Shown piece after piece: positions 39,657 to 51,812 of a stretch of 64,000 nucleotides of DNA; within the stretch, counting starts at the first letter, position 1; every line of letters starts with the position of its first letter. Source of the DNA: Octopus bimaculoides (taxonomy: Eukaryota); contig NC_068987.1 of NCBI RefSeq assembly GCF_001194135.2, positions 25,702,925 to 25,766,924 on the forward strand, written 5' to 3'. The notes under the pieces are model-generated. The model ran no database searches. It was not told the DNA's origin and worked only from the letters and a program-made list of their open reading frames with translations. The position numbers were made by a program, and so were the translations under genes.

Positions 39657-40150
39657 AAGTGGCGCGCTGGCAGAATCGTTAGCACGCCGGGCGAAACGCT
39701 TAGCGTTACGTTCTGAGTTCAAATTCCGTCGAGGTCGACTTTGCCTTTCATCCTTTCGGGGTCGATAAAATAAGTACCAGTTGAACACTGGAGTCGATGT
39801 AATCGACTCATCCCCATCTCCCCCAAGCTGCCCTTGTGGAAAAAAAATTGAAATAATAATAATAATAATAATAATGATAATAATAATAATTATTATTATT
39901 ATTACAATAAAAGGTGGCGAACCGGCAGAATCGTTAGTATGCCAGGCAAAATGCTTACCAGTACTTCGTCTGTCTTTACACACTGAAGTCGATGTAACCG
40001 ACTAGCCCCTCCCACCAAAATTTCAGGTCATGTGCCTATAATAGAAAAGATTGTTTATTATTATTAGTATTAATATTAATATTATTATAAAAGTCGGCGA
40101 GCTGGCAGAATCGTTACAGCACTGAACAAAATGCATAGCTGCATTTTATC
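39657..40150 (+). mobile_element. Head-to-tail chain of three SINE family B copies separated by (ATT)n/(AAT)n
   Basis: Heads at about 39657 (GGCGCGCTGGCAGAATCG), 39910 (GGTGGCGAACCGGCAGAATCG) and 40089 (GTCGGCGAGCTGGCAGAATCG). Second copy has an internal deletion; third is head only. Confidence 0.85.
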
Positions 40151-40199
40151 AATGAGTTTATAAAATCGTCACTCGCAAAACTTTTATTTCGACCTTTAA

Positions 40200-41260
40200 C
40201 CCTTGGACCCAATAATTTTCTTTTAATTAAATTTTATTCAAACTACCACTATTTCTTAGCTACATTGTATATACTATCAGGTGAATGAAGAATTACTATT
40301 TCTCACAAATTTTAATAAAAAAAAATACAGCTTACAGAATATATTATAAATTTTAAAAATTACAAAAATACAGAATTACAGCTCTTCATGGCAGTGGGTG
40401 CATATAACATTGGAATGTTCTTGGCAAACATGGATATTACAATTCTTACATGTAGTACGATTTTTCCTGTGTTTTTGGGGGCCACACAAAGAACATTTTT
40501 TTTTTAACTTTGGCTGAGGAATTTCAAATGAGGTTGAAGATCGTCTTCTTCTTTTACTTGGTTGAGATACGTTAACGGAACTAGAAGATTGTTTGTCATG
40601 TTCTTTCTTAGCATTAACTCCAGCAAGTTCCTTTCCTAACTGAATTAAGCAGTCTTCTTTTATCCTTGAAACTTTGCAAGTGAAGCTGTTTAGCAACTAT
40701 GAAAGCATTCACTGCACTTATATCAATCATGTTGTAGAATATAACCATAGGCCATCTTCAAGTCATTCTTTTGCAAGTGTATGTATGTCCTTACCATCTT
40801 ATCTAGTGTATCTAATCTTCCTTTTGTTTTGTCGTAACATGTAATAACTTCAGGTGTCTTTTTAGCTCCTTTTGAATCAATTGAAGGCTGAGAGTACATT
40901 GTACTCATAAGTGTGACTACATAATTTTTCTTGGGACAATAAGATAGGATCAGAGAATCCTTTGAAATCCAAATATTGAAGCTGTTAATTTCTCTTTCTT
41001 TTTCCATTTGTGAAAGCACTTGGGAGTTCAACTCTGTTCTTTCTAATTGTTCCAACTAAAGTATTTTTCTTGCTAAGCAGCTTTCGATCCAATACCAGAC
41101 TTGTAAGTTATATTGCGACAGGTATTTTCAAGTTCTTTTACTAGGTCTTCAACAACTCTTGAACCTTGATTTGTCTCTCCCCCTTTTACTGGATCTTTTC
41201 CAGTGTAGATTTGCATTTTCCAGGCATAAGATGTTTCCCATTAGTAGACAGACGGTTGAA
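40200..41260 (-). mobile_element. piggyBac transposon fragment (3' half of transposase pseudogene plus right end)
   Basis: Broken frames: SYAWKMQIYTGKD..GSRVVEDLVK..TLVGTIRKNRVELP, then SYCPKKNYVVTLMSTM..TPEVITCYDKTKGRLDTLDKM (third catalytic Asp region). These are followed by a basic NLS-like PSKRRRR and the Cys-rich domain CSLC..C..C..HVCQEH..IC..C. End reads TTAA (40196-40199) + CCCTTGG. Confidence 0.92.
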
Positions 41261-41371
41261 CATATGTAGAGCTCATGTATTCCATATACAAGATGAGGTT
41301 TCAATGGTAGATCAAATCCTATGGTGTACCACTTGTTAAACTAAGAAGCTCGATATTGGTCTGGTGGCGTT

Positions 41372-41383
41372 TGTAGTAGTAGC

Positions 41384-41443
<60 letters not shown>
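41372..41443. repeat. (TAG)n microsatellite
   Basis: Directly visible. Confidence 0.95.
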
Positions 41444-41444
<1 letters not shown>

Positions 41445-41679
41445 TGATTGTTGATATTGGTGGTGGTGGTGTGACTGGTCAACAGTGGAGACAAGAAAGG
41501 CATTGATTTCTTCGCTTCCAATCTTGACATTGCAACACGAACCGAAACCTAATCTCGGTCTTGTAGTTTGAAATAGTCGAGACAGAGTTTTATATCTAAA
41601 TAAATGTTTGTTGACTGAGAAATGTTTATAGTTTCACTTCAACTACGATATATTTGATGTTATCACGAAAATAACCAAA

Positions 41680-41751
<72 letters not shown>

Positions 41752-41799
41752 TGCATAGCACACCACGCCATACATTCACTCAGTTCATCATACCTACAC

Positions 41800-41970
41800 A
41801 TGGTAGAAACAGTAGCCAAATATTCCTCTAGCATGGCTGCAGTCCTACGTCTGAAACCATTTAAAGAATAAAGAATTAGCATTTCGGAAAAGGGACAGAA
41901 AACGAAGTAGTCATGACTGGAATGCTTTTGAATAAAGGTCTGGTTCCGCTTGGGGCTAAGCAACAACGAC
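41800..41970 (+). mobile_element. Family D repeat
   Basis: GGTAGAAACAGTAGCCAAAT...GTCATGACTGGAATGCTTTTG...GGGGCTAAGCAACAACGAC tail. Confidence 0.6.
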
Positions 41971-42230
41971 TATTCATTGTACCTACACCACGCCCCCTAT
42001 ATATGCACCGTACTACATCACAGTATACCTACAGCATACTATACCCACAGCACAATGCATACACACATTAGATTACATCAATCATCACACTAACCTATTC
42101 ATATACACACCGTACACGTAATACATCTTATACATACACCGTATAAGACACACACACACACTCACATCCTGCATACACATCACGCCACATCATATCTACC
42201 TTTACATTTATGGAATTTCGATGGTGGAAA

Positions 42231-42332
<102 letters not shown>

Positions 42333-42757
42333 GTACATATACACACAGACATAAATACATACCTGCACACGCATATACATACACAGACACACATGTATAA
42401 ATATACATATAAGCAGACATATACACACATATACAGAAATACACAAATTTACATATACATATACATACATACATACATACTATGAATGTGTGTGTGTGTG
42501 GTAACTGTGTGTATATATGTGAGTGTGCGTCTGTGTTAAGTGCTATAAGTGATATGAAAGCAATGGTGATAGACGCGATGTTAAGAGTGTTTATTTTACC
42601 AAACTCTAAGCCCAAGCCACTAATAGTCTGGGTTTACATCTCCGAGGTTTTAACGTCCACCATATCTTTTATATAACTATTTATCTAATGGCTACATTCC
42701 GTCAGTCTTTTGATCATCGTTATTGGTGTTGTTTGTGTTATAGAAGAAACTGTAGTG

Positions 42758-42822
<65 letters not shown>

Positions 42823-42944
42823 TGCTGTTGTTGTTATGTTATTGGTGTTGTTGTTATTGTTATTGGTGGTCTTATATTTGTTGACATTACTGTTAAAATG
42901 GCTGCTGTGTTAGTTTGTTTATTTTTATTAGTGGGGTAGCGAGA

Positions 42945-43165
42945 AAGGGTGGTGAAACGGAAGAATCGTTAGAGCATCAGATAAAATTCCTTGAGGTATT
43001 TTTTCTTTTTTTTTCTGGTTTCTTTACGTTCTGAGATCAAATCCGGCTGAGGTCAATTTTATCATACTTTCGGGGTCGGCAAAATAAAGTACCAGCCACA
43101 TACTTGGATAGATTTGCCTGACTAATTCCTGCCCTCAAATTTCATGCTTTGTGCCTGTATTAGTG
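42945..43165 (+). mobile_element. SINE family B, degenerate
   Basis: GGGTGGTGAAACGGAAGAATCGTTAGAGCA...TTTACGTTCTGAGATCAAATCC...CTTTCGGGGTCGGCAAAATAAAGTACCAG. Confidence 0.7.
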
Positions 43166-44131
43166 CAATGACTACCAGACTCTTTCTTTCTCCCTTTTTC
43201 CCGTTCTTCATTTTTTATTTAATATAACTTATTCAGAGGAGAAACATTAGTGACCATGGTCTCTTTCAGAGCCTCTAAGGCTGGTGTATAGCTGGAAAGC
43301 AGCCATTATCAGATCAAAGAACTGGCCCTTTATGCTTCCAACAGAATGAACTCTGCTAAAGGGTCCCAAAGACCCAGTGGTGTTGTTAAATCGATCGACA
43401 AATTGAGTTGACCATTAAAAGGCAGCAACACTCCCTCTGATGGGCCTCTACACAGTTTTAGCTAAACCAAATTTCATTCTCAAGGCATTGGTTGACTCGA
43501 GACTATGATAGAAGACACTTAGGATGTTCCTTCTAAAAGACACAGCCTTGCCTGCACACATTACTAGACCTTAAAACAAATATGCATCAGTTATATTCTA
43601 AGTTCAAAGCTCGCTAAGGTCTACATTTTACTTTTGTGTTCGTGATGTGTTAAAATTTCCAAAGACATCAATGAGGTTATATTATGTTCAATCCATAAAT
43701 GAGAAAGCAAAGAAACTCCAGACTTATATCTCTTCCCACGTGAGTCTGCTACATTGCAAGTAAATTTCTGTACTTACAACATTCATTGACCTCAGAATCA
43801 ACATCGCTCACGGAGGTCAACATTGTTTTGTGTCATTCTGAATCCGGTAAAATAAAGAGACAGTCAGTTATTGGTGTCCCTTATATCATCTACAGTAGGA
43901 GCGCGTGTATGTGTATGATTATGCAAATGAATATATATGGTAGAAAAATATAAAATATACGAAGACAAGGTAAAATAACAAGAAGGGTGTATTAAGTTGA
44001 CTCTTAAGAAAATTGGAAGAAGTCTCTAACGTTTCGAGCATACGCTCATCTACGAAAGAATAGAGGAGAGAGAAAAATAAAGAGAAAAGAACAAACGTGT
44101 CTCAATTAGACGAACATCGCGCGCGCGCGCA

Positions 44132-44187
<56 letters not shown>

Positions 44188-44250
44188 GAGAGAGAGTGGG
44201 GGAGATAGATAGATAGATGAACTCACGCGCAGAAGTACATACATACACAG

Positions 44251-44298
<48 letters not shown>

Positions 44299-46981
44299 AT
44301 GTATATACATATATGTGGAAGGGTATTAATGTATGTATGTATGTATGTGTGTTAAAAAAGCGAAAAAGAAGAAAATGTTTTAACACATATATGTCACTTG
44401 ATAGACGTATGTGCGCTGCGCGTCGGTGTGCCGAACATACATAGGCATATATAAAAAGTGTGCACAATTTTCTTGTAATAGATTCCTCTATGCAGACGTA
44501 TACATGTGTTGTATGCGTGTAACTTGTTAAATTACGATTGTCAATACCATGTCATTCTACGCACCAGTCGATGGCTGGCTCAGTACGCACGCGCATGTAA
44601 ATGGAATAGAAAGGGCGGTTCAGAAACAAGAGGCAATTAGTTAAGGGTGGGATTCCAAGCAAGTATTGTTTACCCTCATTGTGAAACCATAACAGTCCGA
44701 ATTAAATTTTCATTTCTGCTGCTGAAATAATTGGACAACTCTAGCTCAATTATCACAAACTTTGACCCTCATCACCATCATCATCATCGTCGTCGTCGTT
44801 TTCGTTGTCAGAGCAACAGTGGCAATAGCAAGAACAACACTACTGACCTAGAAATAAAATAAGAACATTCTTACCAAAAAATAGTTTGAATCGTAACACC
44901 TAGTTTTAATTGTTTATCTTTTAAAAAAATCAAATTCTACAACCACCACCACAGCCATAACCACTACCACCAACACCACTATCACTACAAACAACGCCAT
45001 TACCAATACTACCGCCAGAACCACCATTGCCATCAACCCCCAAGAGTTATAGGTCAAATAGCAGATGGCCCTGTACCTAAGGTATACAAGATTCGAAGGA
45101 GGTTTGATTCCTTGGCATGATTTGTTTCACGGGCCCACTGGTGTGTGTATTTGCCTCGATGTCATTTGATCGAGGTTCCCCTACCTAAGGTTTAAAAAGG
45201 TCCTGTGCCTTAAGAGTAAGCTTGTGGGTGCAGTGTAGTGAGTAAACGCTGTAAATAAACGGATAGAAGCAACGGATAACCACTATTGTATCTTTCCCAA
45301 GAAAAACCTTAATTCTTCAGGTTTTAGCATTGAAGCCTATGATCACCATTGCCTGTAGACATGGCTCATAAAGAGAGAGAGGGATCGGGGACAGAAAGAT
45401 GGTAGTGATGATGAGGATGATGATGATGAGGAAGAGGATGTGAGGTTGTGAAATTCATGCTATACTGAAATATTGTTGACGAGGTGTTAACCAACCAACT
45501 GAAGATTTCCCAAGTCACTACCCATCCCCAGTGCTCTGCTGGTTCTTTGGCTCTGTTAAATCGCGCTGTAAATAGGTGCCATGAGGACGTTATAGCTAGA
45601 TCATTGCTCTAAAGCGGTGCACATATTTTATAATCAACAACAGTTTCGTTAGTTTGTAATGCTAAGTTCATATTTTTCCCATCCATATAAAGACCAAAGA
45701 AAGACCTCGAGTGGTATGGGGGTTCTATCGAACTGATTTGTTCCAAATGGAATTCTTCAAGTATATCTGCCCCTAGCACTTAGATACCTCACATTCTATA
45801 CATCCAGTATTTTTATTGCTCGCCCTCTACGCACATATATAGCCTAGAATCCTATACACTTACATTGCCTAACCTTCTACGCACTTTACTTAGCATGTTG
45901 AATCATTTTGTATCAAGAATTACCCGCTCCCCTCTGTCTCTTTCCCTCTGTCTCTTTCCCTCTGTCTCTTTCCCTCTGTCTCTGTCTCTGTCTCTCTCTC
46001 CCTCTCTCCCCTCTCTCTCTCTGTATTTGTTAGTCTTGTTATTACTACCCAGATTCAGTAAATCTACAAATAAAAGCTTTCTCGTTGTGAGCATTCCATC
46101 TTTTTCCGATGGCACAATGCAACGGGCTATTTGCACTACACCCAAACCTTAAGATGGCACTGCGGGAACCTCATTATACAATTTAGCTTTATTTTAAAAG
46201 TTTACAATGAGTTATTTAAATGAAATTTAGCTGCTATTTTTAGCAGATCGCGCACCCACGTGGATGATCTTTCATTGGCGCGTGTGGATATTTGTCTCCA
46301 TACTGGGGTATTTTTGCCTGTTTGTTTGTTTCGTGTTTGTCATATGTTTGTATTTCTATATAAATACACTATTCCCGACAGAATATCATAAAATAAACAC
46401 AAGAAATCTTTTTATAGCTTAATTACATTAGCCTTGACAAGAAGAAATTGTTTCAAAAATTTCTGTAATCTCTCTCATAGTATTATTATAAATATACCAA
46501 ACCGAAGAGAAAAAGAAAACGAGAAGTAAAAACAAAAACAATATATATTCTTTTAAAATATGAGCTCGAAATTAGATTATTTTATTTAATTAGACATAAA
46601 TTATATTCTACCAATTCAGCGCTGTTGTTTGCTCGAGCGAACTCTTCAAGGACAAAAAAACTGTTTCTTAAGCGTTGTCGCCATTTTAGACATTATGAGC
46701 ATAATGTCCCATGAGCAGCTTTACAATTCACTTCCTGTTGTGTCGCTATTTCGTTACACTGAAAGCCACTAATGTCTTTTAGATGGGCTTGCATGTTACA
46801 CAGCCTTCCTTCCATCCTTAAATTAAGACGAATTTATTTTCTAGAGGTAAAGTGTTTCCAGACATTTAATTTTTAAACCAGAACTGTTAACCTAATATTT
46901 TCGTGTTCATTTTTTAAATTTTTGGCGGTTGGGAGGTTAAGTAAAATATAACATTTCACAACGGTTTGGTGTCTGTTCGGC

Positions 46982-47366
46982 ATCAGAGGAGTTGCAAGTG
47001 TGGTAAGTAGCTTGCTTACCAACCACTGCGTGGCACCTTGTTCAGTCCCACTGCGTGGCACCTTGTTCAGTCCCACTGCGTGGCACCTTGGGCAAGTGTC
47101 TTCTACTATAGCCTCGGGCCGACCAAAGCCCTATGAGTGGATTTGGTAGAGGAAAACTGAAAGAAGCCTGTCGTATATATATATATATATATATATATAT
47201 ATNNNNNNNNNNNNNNNNNNNNNNNNNNNNNNNNNNNNNNNNNNNNNNNNNNNNNNNNNNNNNNNNNNNNNNNNNNNNNNNNNNNNNNNNNNNNNNNNNN
47301 NNNNNNNNNNNNNNNNNNNNNNNNNNNNNNNNNAGTCAAATGACTGAAACAAGTAAAAGAATAAAA

Positions 47367-47372
<6 letters not shown>
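46982..47372 (+). mobile_element. SINE family A, young copy with 25-bp internal triplication, internal (TA)n and gap
   Basis: TGTGGTAAGTAGCTTGCTTACCAACC...GGCACCTTGGGCAAGTGTCTTCTACTATAGCCTCGGGCCGACCAAAGCC...NNN...AGTCAAATGACTGAAACAAGTAAAAGAATAAAAGAAT. Confidence 0.9.
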
Positions 47373-47406
<34 letters not shown>

Positions 47407-48226
47407 CAATATAATTCGGAGCTTGGCGAAGCGAAATCGCGGTCACTTCTTGGACGATATCGTTTCGCCTAACTCTGGAGCATATTGTGTTTTTTTAACA
47501 CTATACGTCTATAAATAGATTTTTCCAGAACGAAAACTGCAGCGCCTTGCATTTCAATTACGCACATACACTTAGTATGTTGTATTGATAGAATATATAT
47601 ATAGAATGAGCTTCCGCGCAGTTTTCTGCCTGCCAATTGCATTCACAAAGCATTGGTTGGTTCGAGACTACAGGAGAAGAAACTTGTCCAAGAATCCACG
47701 CAGTAGATCTGATTCCGAAAGCATTTTGTTGCCAATGCATGAATTTTCTTAAAAATTCATTACTAGAAACTTATTTCTTTATCATAATTCTTGTCTTGCA
47801 GAATCAGGAAATAATTTAGTCATAATTTAGTTTTAAAATCTAATAATACACACCCAAGAGCAAAGAATAAGTTGTATAATTTATAGAAATGGCTTAAAGT
47901 GTCTATGTTTAATTTCAAATAATACTTATCTCCAATGATGTAGCTAGATTGTGTGCTATCTGAGTTTGCGCACCCTCAGGCCCTGAAGTCTATTATGCTT
48001 ATACAGCATCTCCATAAAAACGTTGCTCGGAGTGAACCAATCTTAGTTACTACCTTACTGTATTTTAAGAGTAGTTGGTTCTGTCCAGTGGCACAGAGGT
48101 GCCCACTGTGAACATCGTGACAATTCACGACAGTGCCACCACCACCTCCACCAAACAATACCATATCTTCCACAGCTATAGCTGAAAATCATCGCCCTCA
48201 AGACTCCTATCACTTTCACAACATTA

Positions 48227-48443
48227 CTGGCTTCAAATTTCGGTACAAGGCCAGCAACTTCGGGAGTTGGATGATGTCGATTACACTGACCCCAGTGCCT
48301 AACTGGTTCTCATTTTATAGACCCCGAAAGGTTGAAAGGCAAAGTCGACTTCGGTGGCATTTTAAACTCAAAACGTTGAGCCGGACGAAATGCTGCTAAG
48401 CATTTTGTCCGGCGTGCTTAACGGTTCTACCAGCTCGTCACCC
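48227..48443 (-). mobile_element. SINE family B, full length, 17-bp TSD
   Basis: Reverse-complement family B. TSD TCACTTTCACAA(C/A)ATTA at 48210-48226 and 48444-48460 (16/17). Confidence 0.9.
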
Positions 48444-48473
48444 TCACTTTCACAAAATTATTATCACTATTAC

Positions 48474-48878
48474 TAAGACGGTGAGAAAAATCATTAACAC
48501 GCCAGACAAAATGCTTAGCAGCATTTCGTCCGTCTTTATGTTCTGAGTTCAAATGCCGCCGAGGTCGACTTTGCCTTTTATCCTTTCGGCTTGATAAATC
48601 AAATACTAGTCGAACACTGGGGTTGATAGACCCTCCCGCAAAATTTCAGTCCTTGAGCCAATAACAGACAGGATTATTATCAATAACACTAAGGCGACGA
48701 ACAGGCAGAATCGTTAGCAAGCCGGAGAAAATGCTTATCGGCATTTCATCCCTCTTTATGTCCTGAGTTCAAATTCCACCGAGATCAGCTTTGCGTTTCA
48801 TCCTTTCGAGATCGTACTGGGGTAGATCCAACCCCCTCCCACCACATTTCAGACCTTGTGTGTCTATAATACAAAGGA
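48474..48878 (+). mobile_element. Two tandem SINE family B copies (48474-48672 and 48689-48878)
   Basis: Both carry CAAAATGCTTA..GCATTTC..CTTTATGT.CTGAGTTCAAAT..CGAG.TC..CTTTGC.TTT.ATCCTTTCG and are separated by ATTATTATC. Confidence 0.85.
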
Positions 48879-51303
48879 TTATCATCACCACCACTACAAC
48901 CACCAACATTATTGCTATTCCCAGTACTGTCATAATCATTACTACCGCAATCCTAGTATACCCTCTATAACTTAGTTTCACATCCCCAACACCACCACCG
49001 CAACTTGGAACAAGCCATATTATACTCAAGTACAAAGTGCATGACATATCCGCCCCAAACAGTTTTGGTTTAAACCAAAATTGGAGAGTTGGATGGTATT
49101 TCTTACTTTATGTTGTTATTTAAATTATTTTTTTCCTGTTTCTTCTCTGAATATGTAAATGAGATTCAAGCGTTTTGAGGTATACGATGGTGATTGTGAT
49201 AGACGTTCTGGTAAAGGTGATGGTTGTTGGGTCGTCCTTAATAGCTTCGAAAGAGGAGGAGGTGGTGATGGCGGTTGGTGACGGTGGTGCTGGTGCTGGC
49301 TGCATCAACGAAGAATTGCTTATGTGCCGGAAGTGATGGCGCAGGGGATTGGTGGTGGTGGTGGTGGTGAGGAGGAGTGCTGTTAGGTCGGTTGTTAATA
49401 GTGCAGGAGGTTGTTAATGGGGAATGATGTTAGCAGTGGGTCGTTAATAGCGGTAGTGGGAGCATATTGGTTGGGCTAATTGTGGTGCGGTGTGAGTTCA
49501 GTCTCAGATGATGGTAGTGGAGTAGGCCATGGTGCTGGTGTCGGCGGTTAAGGAACAAACATGGTGCTAGTCCATCGGCTAATGCTGCTATTAACCGGGA
49601 TGATGCTAGGTCGTATGATGGTAGCAGTAGCAACAGTAAAACTAGTGGTGGTGGTGGTGGTAGTAGTAGTAGTTATTGTAAAGATGATGGCCCTTGTGGT
49701 CGTACTAGCAGTTGTGTTTGATGATGGTGGTGGTGTAGATGGAGTTAGTGGCTGTGAAGGCGGTGGTGGTAGTGGTAGTGGTTTTGGTGACGGTTGTGGT
49801 AGTGGTGGTTATGGTCGGGAAGGCAACCATCTCTTCAGTTTGGTTCGCCTGATCACCAAAATTCTGCGGTGCTGATTTTCTCACCCTATTCTTTAAAGGC
49901 AAATTGACATTTCCGTTCCCCCCACATCATCACCTTCACCACCAATCAGAGACCGGATTTACCAAATAATAATAATAATAATAATAATAATAAAGTAAGC
50001 CAGTTTCGAAAATTACTTCTTTTTTTATTGTTGTTTAGTGGTTTGTGTTGTTGATCTATTGTTGTGCTTTTTTTTCTTTTCTTTTTTCTTTTTGTTATTG
50101 TTATAACTGAAAACAGTCTCTTTAGCATCTCTATTATCTTTCAATCTGAAAGACTACTAGAATATAGAGCAAAAATTTGAACTACAAAACTTAAGAACAA
50201 AGTTGTCTAGCAGATAGCGATTGGGGTGAAGGGGTAAAGGAAGGTTTTGTTATTTTATTTTGTTTTTCATCAATTTATCTTTTTACATTTTCTTTTATTT
50301 TTGTTGGAATTCTTGTTTCTTCATTTCATTCTTCTGTTTTGGAATTACAAGCTGAGACACGTTGTTAATGATTCTACCATAAGTAGCAGATTTGATCTCG
50401 TCATTACAAACAAGAGAAATTCTTGAGCTGCAGCACTTATTTGCAGTTAACCCGTCGTCCCGTTTAATGCCACCAAGTGGTCTTCCAGTGCTTTTAGCAG
50501 TGGCCCGAAAGCTGGCAACAAAGTGGAATCTACTTTTAGCAAACTCCACTTTGTTTCAAAATTCGGATCAATTCACTGGCCTGAAGATAATTTCTTCCCT
50601 TTTTTCTGTCAGTTTCGGATGCTCAGAAAAAGGGTCTTGGGTGCTGCTTTTCTTTCCATCCCTTATTAATAATACAAAAAAAAAAAAAAAAAAGCAAAAC
50701 AGAAAATATAATTGCTGGCTGTCGACTGTGCCACTGATGTAGGTTAACTGTCTTGGCTGTCTGTAAACGCCAGTGCAACGGTTCCGAAGAGGAAACACGA
50801 ATCCCGGTCAGTAAAACTGGATGTTCGACAGACTACCGATTCAACTGTCAGCTACTTATTGCCTTCTAATGCAAGTCAACGAAGGGATAATTAAGTGGTC
50901 ACTCGACATGCTACAAATAGCAGCTAATAATGCTTCAAATCCAGCCCTGCCAGCTTTATTGAAAGACATTGGACAACATTGTCTTGGATATACAAAAAGA
51001 GGGGGACGCTCACCTCATGCCATAGTAATGCTCGATCATGACTTATTTGGATTAAAACAACAATAAAATGAAAAGCAACAACTGCATTCGATTATTCTTA
51101 CTCACGTTTGTTGTTTCTCTCTAACTCTCACTAAGTATTGGTTTTGTGCTTGTGTGTATGTATTTATGCACACATATATGTTAGTGCATGTATGTCCTTA
51201 TTCAGTTTTTATTTCAAAATTTCTTGTCGATAGAGAAAGAGCTGGTTTCTAGCTTGGATCCAAGGCTCCTTCATTAGAATTTCATCGACAAAGTATGTAT
51301 GTA

Positions 51304-51334
<31 letters not shown>

Positions 51335-51533
51335 AGTAGTAGTAGTATTTGGAATCAGTGCATATGCAGATTTGTATGTTTTATGTATGTGACGTATGTA
51401 TGTTGGCGTGCATACATGTGTGTACGTATGTATGTGACGGCATCTAATATTGTGTTGTTTGGATCTCTTAGCCGTGACAATTTTTACCTATTGAATATAA
51501 TTACGAAGTTCTTGTTCTGATGTCATATTTTTG

Positions 51534-51593
<60 letters not shown>

Positions 51594-51611
51594 GAGAGAG
51601 TGAGTGTGTGT

Positions 51612-51812
51612 TATTTCTTTACTACCCACAAGGGGTACACACAGAGGGGACAAACAAAGACAGACAAACGGATTAAGTCGATTATATCGACCCCAGTGCC
51701 TAACTGGTACTTATTTAATCGACCCCGAAAGGATGAAAGGCAAAGTCGACCTCGGCGGAATTTGAACTCAGAACGTAGCGGCAGACGAAATACCGCTAAG
51801 CATTTCGCCCGG
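51612..51812 (-). mobile_element. SINE family B variant, head truncated
   Basis: GTCGATTATATCGACCCCAGTG..ACTGGTACTTATTTAATCGACCCCGAAAGGATGAAAGGCAAAGTCGACCTCGGCGGAATTTGAACTCAGAACG...GCTAAGCATTTCGCCCGG, very close to consensus. Confidence 0.88.

Noticed and set aside
46831-46852. TTTTCTAG-AG|GTAAAG as a ratchet point or micro-exon
   Set aside because: The first AG is TAG two bases before the donor, the pyrimidine tract is short and the donor weak.
49100-49900. GC-rich GGT/ACC low-complexity ORFs (Gly/Val- or Thr/Pro-rich)
   Set aside because: Cryptically simple sequence; frames are short with stops and similar tracts occur at 44940, 61570 and 63720.
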